The notes under the pieces were generated by a model, which searched no databases, was not told where the DNA came from, and was given only the letters and a program-made list of their open reading frames with translations. From contig CAWIMJ010000045.1 in the NCBI GenBank assembly GCA_963837175.1, positions 1-23,550 on the forward strand: DNA of 23,550 nucleotides, written 5' to 3'. This DNA comes from an uncultured Nitrososphaeraceae archaeon (GTDB lineage Archaea > Thermoproteota > Nitrososphaeria > Nitrososphaerales > Nitrososphaeraceae). Position numbers and translations under genes: made by a program. Below are positions 19,419-23,550 of the stretch, piece after piece. The number at the start of each line of letters is the position of its first letter. Position 1 is the first letter of the stretch.

Positions 19419-20522
19419 GTGCATTGTTGCATAACTCATTAATCTCTATGCGGCGTTACTTTTTGAAGCTATTTTCTTGTAATAAATGTATTGTATAATA
19501 ATGATGCTTTTAGCATCATTTCCTTAACCATGTTTGAATATTTCCTTGCTGATACACATTTTCCAAACATCCTTTTAATGGATGGAAGAGAATACTACTG
19601 TCTCTGCTACTACCCATCTGTATCCATACATAACCATACATAACTAACACTATCCTTTCCATTTTTCAAAATTTTTCAGCTGTTGTATAGTACAATAATA
19701 TTTCTTAGATGAGAATAGGTTATCTTGTCGGCAGACGAATTCCTCCTTCCTTACCTTGATTGGCAGCAGCTTCAATGCCATTATTATCAAAAAGATATCT
19801 GAAATTCTCATTATTATCATAAGCCCTTCATCTGCAATCACTCTTTTTTTTACATCGTTATTCTCAGCAGCATTTTCTATCAGCTTCTTTATTTAGCACC
19901 ATCATTCCATCATATGTACTTCTTTGGTTGTAACTTCTAAGGATACAATTTTTCTTTTTCTTGATATCTACTGCGACATGTATTTTGAGGTATCCTTTTC
20001 TTATATTCCATTTGTGAGCTAACCACCACTCTCCTCCTCTATTAGTTACCTTGATCCCAGTACTATCTAATAATACTAATACTATGACAATATCATTTGC
20101 TATTCTTTTGTTAATTCTAATATCTAGTTTGTTTAGTCTTCTTTGTTTATTGTACTGTAATCTGGAATAGAGCGTATTTTACTACCAGTATATACTCTCT
20201 AACAACACCTTCAGTCTGTCTGTCTATATGATGGTAAATGAAAATATGCTCCTCATATAACCAATCAAGCAATTGAACAAAAGAATTTGGATATCTATAG
20301 GATGTACCACCACCTTCCTTTCCTTACCATTATTCATATTGTCAAATTCATTATCCCAGCTATCTATCAATAACATCAAAATCCAGAATTACCTCTCCAC
20401 GTCTGACTAATGATTCATTATAGTTATCCCAGTTAACCACTATAGTTGTCATTATAATATCTAAGCTAAATCCAGCTAGGTCAGTTCATACTTACAGAAG
20501 AGTCAGTTATACAACAATGCAC
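19419..20522 (-). mobile_element. Degenerate IS5-family insertion sequence (~1.1 kb)
   Basis: Terminal inverted repeats GTGCATTGTTGCATAACT (19419-19436) and AGTTATACAACAATGCAC (20505-20522) match at 17/18. The flanks tttacaaat and tttccaact (7/9) may be an eroded target duplication. Confidence 0.85.
19469..20452 (-). pseudogene. IS5-family DDE transposase pseudogene
   Basis: Frame-hopping translation gives NWDNYNESLVRRGEVILDF, PDYSTI, DSTGIKVTNRG(G)EW, KGYLKIHVAVD, AD/GAYDNNENFRYL, IKVRK, YGYRWVVAET..FSSI/KRMFG and MMLKASL(L)YN. It has many frameshifts and stops. Confidence 0.88.
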
Positions 20523-20781
20523 TTTCCAACTATAATTTGCTTCTCTTATTGAAAAAATATGTTGAATTATTAAAGCTTTTATTAAATTTGAGAAATAATA
20601 TAATAGTAAGCGTATACACCCGCTGGGTTAGTAATTCTTAATGATTTTGTGTCTTTAATGTGAATTGGGCTATAAATTCTGTCAATTTGGTTCAAGTACT
20701 TCCGTAATCCGGTGATTTGCAGTTACCAGTCGACAAAGTTTTTAGATAATATCTTTTAAAATGGCCTAATGGAGTTGACTA

Positions 20782-21272
20782 ATTACTTATAAATCACACA
20801 GCAGGCTTAACCTATTTTGGAATTGTCATTAGTTATCTTGTAATAGGATATGTGAATACCCCAGTTATAGCACAGAGTGGGACATCTAATGAAACAGAAC
20901 CTAACAATTCCTCTGATTATACTGCATTTGGAGTATTCGTATTCATTGTTATTATTGTAGGAATAATATGGAATTTAACACACAGGACAAAAAAACGAAG
21001 GTACTTTCCAGCCGACGTCAAAAGGGAAGTGTTAAAGGATCAAAATTACAAGTGCTCCATTTGCAAAAGAAGTACAGGAGTATGGGACTATGACCATATA
21101 GATGGTAACAGAACTAACAATGACATATCTAATTGTCAAGCATTGTGTCCAAATTGTCATGCTAAAAAGACAAGGGGGATTCTTGGAGCAGAAGTCGTCT
21201 AAGCGTGGGATAGTACTTATTGTATTAATTATTTTGATATTCTTAGCAATGATTGCAATTATTTATAGTTAG
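20782..21272 (+). CDS. Membrane-anchored HNH endonuclease domain protein (start uncertain; probable frameshift near 21186)
   Basis: CSIC...DYDHIDGNRTNNDISNCQALCPNCHAKKT follows the TM FGVFVFIVIIVGIIW. A signal-like stretch lies upstream in frame, and a second TM (GIVLIVLIILIFLAMIAIIYS) in a shifted frame ends at TAG 21270-21272. Confidence 0.75.
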
Positions 21273-21803
21273 AAAGACAGCATTAGTTGTTGCAAAATCT
21301 ATGCAGCTGCCAACTGCAATAAGAACTTAGAATTCTTCAACTTCTCCTCCATCTATATTACTATTAGGGAATAATGCTAATGTAGGGATTATTGATGGAA
21401 TGCTAATATTGATACCGCTGAGAGGAATGTTATAACAAGGGTTATCTTTCTGTAGATTTTCAAAGGCATTTTAAAGATAAGATTACACTAATATTTATAA
21501 TTGTTATATTAAAGTATTCATTCCATTCATTTCAACTCAAATCTTAAAGTAATCAAATGGAAGAGTTTTACGAATGTTCCTGTTTAGAAGATATTAGATG
21601 AAATCAGACAGTAAAAAATGGTATCAATTGGTATCAGTAAAATGTAAGTCTTTTAAAGCTGAATTATTTATAGAAGTAGGGCTAAAATGCAAGTCTTGTA
21701 TATAGATGCATTAAACAGGTATTCAATTAAACAAATTAACAAAACTTATTTCATACTTAACATGTTTATATTAAACCATTATCTAGGAAGAGTTTGTTAT
21801 TCT

Positions 21804-22782
21804 CTATGGTGAGAATATGATGATATTGTCATCATTGCGATCTGTTAGATATATTTTACCATCCGAATCAACATCCAAATCTATATTATCAGAGCTATCG
21901 AATTGGGTACCAGCATTTATTTGCTTAATGAATTTTCCATTATTGTCAAATTCCTGAATACGACTGTTGCCTGTATCAGCGACAAACACATTGCCAGAAG
22001 GATATTGAACTGTCATGCCTGTTGGGTTGTGAAATTGGCCCGGTCCTGAACCAAGAGATCCCCACATCGTAATTAATTTACCTCCAGCATCAAACTTCTG
22101 AATACGATTATTGCCAAGATCAGCCACAAACAAGTTACCAGAAGGATCTACTGCGATTCTCCCAGGATTATTAAATTGGCCCGGTCCTGAACCAAGAGAT
22201 CCCCAAGTAGATACAAATAAGCCATTGGTGGTAAATCTTTGAACCCGATTATTCCCCAAATCTGTTACATATACATTTCGCTTAGCTTCATCCTCATCAA
22301 TTCCTATTGGACTAGATAACTGACCTGGACCACTTCCAGGAATACCCCATTGACCAATGAAAGTGCCATTGTTAGTAAATTTCTGAATTCGATCATTGCC
22401 GGTATCTGTTACATATACATTTCCACTTACATAATTAATAGTAATCCCTAAAGGGTTATTAAAATGACCTGGACCACTTCCAGGAATACCCCATTGACCA
22501 ATGAAAGTGCCATTGTTAGTAAATTTCTGAATTCGATCATTATCCGAATCAACAACAAACACATATCCTTTAGGATCAATAACAATGCCTGCTGGATCGT
22601 CAAATTGACCAGGAGCTGATCCAAGAGAACCCCATGTCGTTACCCTACTATCTTGTCCATTAACAGAGGCAAAGGTACTCTGCTAACACAATTGCTGCTA
22701 AGGTAAATACTGCCGCAGAATTAACCATTTTATTGGATGATAAAACTCTTATTTTACCATAAAACAATGTCATTTTCAACAT
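21804..22782 (-). CDS. Secreted NHL-repeat beta-propeller protein (frameshift near 22680 separates the signal peptide)
   Basis: Repeated WG..GSGPGQF..P.GI....GNVYV.D.GN.RIQKF units. The frame is open upstream to ~22683, and the signal MVNSAAVFTLAAIVLA is in another frame (ATG 22728, 22773 or 22782). Confidence 0.85.
22321..22541. repeat. Exact ~77-bp direct repeat inside the NHL gene
   Basis: tgacctggaccacttcc...gaattcgatcatt starts at both 22321 and 22465. A second ~33-bp pair starts near 22032 and 22173. Confidence 0.85.
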
Positions 22783-23114
22783 TTTGTAAATATTCACATA
22801 CTTAAATAATTATGGTTACTAATCTCAACAGGAATCTACTTTCAACACGGATATCTATACTAATCTCACCTCATCTCTAATTTTTGTTCTTATGTAGTTC
22901 TCCCGGGTGGCAAAATAGAGTCAATTCCATCCTGCATCCGACCGAACTCGATATATAATTTATTATATAATAGTCATGAAGACATAAAATTTATAGGAAC
23001 CTCATTTCGCTAGCCTTAGTTTTGATTGAACCCAATTTTGATGTCTTGTTATGGCATTACGTGCCTAACCTCAGGGAATATAGTGGATAAGCTTATTCCA
23101 ACATAATACCTACG

Positions 23115-23550
23115 TTAGCTAGGTGGCGTTGTAGTCGATAGAAATGTATTCATTATTTTACCCATCTCTTCCGGATATTGATCCGGTGCTGCATGACCTG
23201 CACCTTTGATCTGTACAAGCCAGGCTCCTGGAATCTTTTCTGCAATCTTTAAAGAATTGACATGTGGCTCGTAGAAATTATCCTCTGTTCCAGTTATGAT
23301 CAACGTGGGTTTATCCAATTTCGCAAGCTCATCACAAGCACCACTCCAGTTTGGATTGTCCTCCCAATGCTTTCCTACATTATTCTGATTATTTGCTACC
23401 TCAGGGGGCAAACCAGGCTTCAGCTGTTGTAATGAAGTAATGTTTGCTGGAATGTCAACAGATTCAGGATGTAGTTTGATCCATGCTGATCCTAATGAGG
23501 CAGATACAAGCGATTTTATTTCCTCTGCAGTGAGTGGAATATTATTTAGA
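23115..23550 (-). CDS. Alpha/beta hydrolase, C-terminal part (5' end beyond the window)
   Basis: PTLIITGTED and GAGHA catalytic Asp/His motifs. The frame is open to the window end. Confidence 0.88.
   Translation of the reverse strand, partial: LNNIPLTAEEIKSLVSASLGSAWIKLHPESVDIPANITSLQQLKPGLPPEVANNQNNVGKHWEDNPNWSGACDELAKLDKPTLIITGTEDNFYEPHVNSLKIAEKIPGAWLVQIKGAGHAAPDQYPEEMGKIMNTFLSTTTPPS

Noticed and set aside
19165-19841. ORFs 19165..19380, 19313..19498 and 19650..19841 as independent genes
   Set aside because: They are explained by the antisense YHS gene and by fragments of the IS5 transposase.

Overview
AT-rich archaeal DNA. The gene families suggest a soil ammonia-oxidising archaeon of the Nitrososphaeraceae type (inference). 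From left to right: (1) 1-960: an HTH/coiled-coil gene running off the window, preceded by a ~10-bp-phased TGYTAYCA array and a 180-bp iteron-like palindromic element. (2) 1142-1785: two separated, degenerate pieces of a tRNA-Thr(GGT)-like gene bracketing a broken ORF. (3) 1872-8013: a cell-surface cluster with two PQQ glucose/sorbosone dehydrogenase-family genes and a GT39/PMT-like glycosyltransferase. (4) ~8900-16100: an integrative element with a zinc-ribbon tyrosine integrase, a divergent wHTH regulator, a translationally coupled operon ending in a 689-aa helicase-like ATPase, an SSB-like gene and a second HTH/coiled-coil gene. (5) 16182-19369: a copper module (P1B ATPase, TRASH regulator and a 48-aa YHS/TRASH protein absent from the ORF track). 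(6) 19419-20522: a decayed IS5-family element with terminal inverted repeats. (7) A membrane-anchored HNH gene, an NHL-repeat gene and a partial alpha/beta hydrolase. The most striking signal is the ~180-bp GC-rich element, present three times with near-identical internal spacing. One copy is in frame inside the 3' end of the helicase-like gene. The other two are free-standing, each ~270-300 bp upstream of a member of the same HTH/coiled-coil family. Many genes carry small frameshifts, which may be real decay or assembly error. All calls were made by eye, with no database searches.
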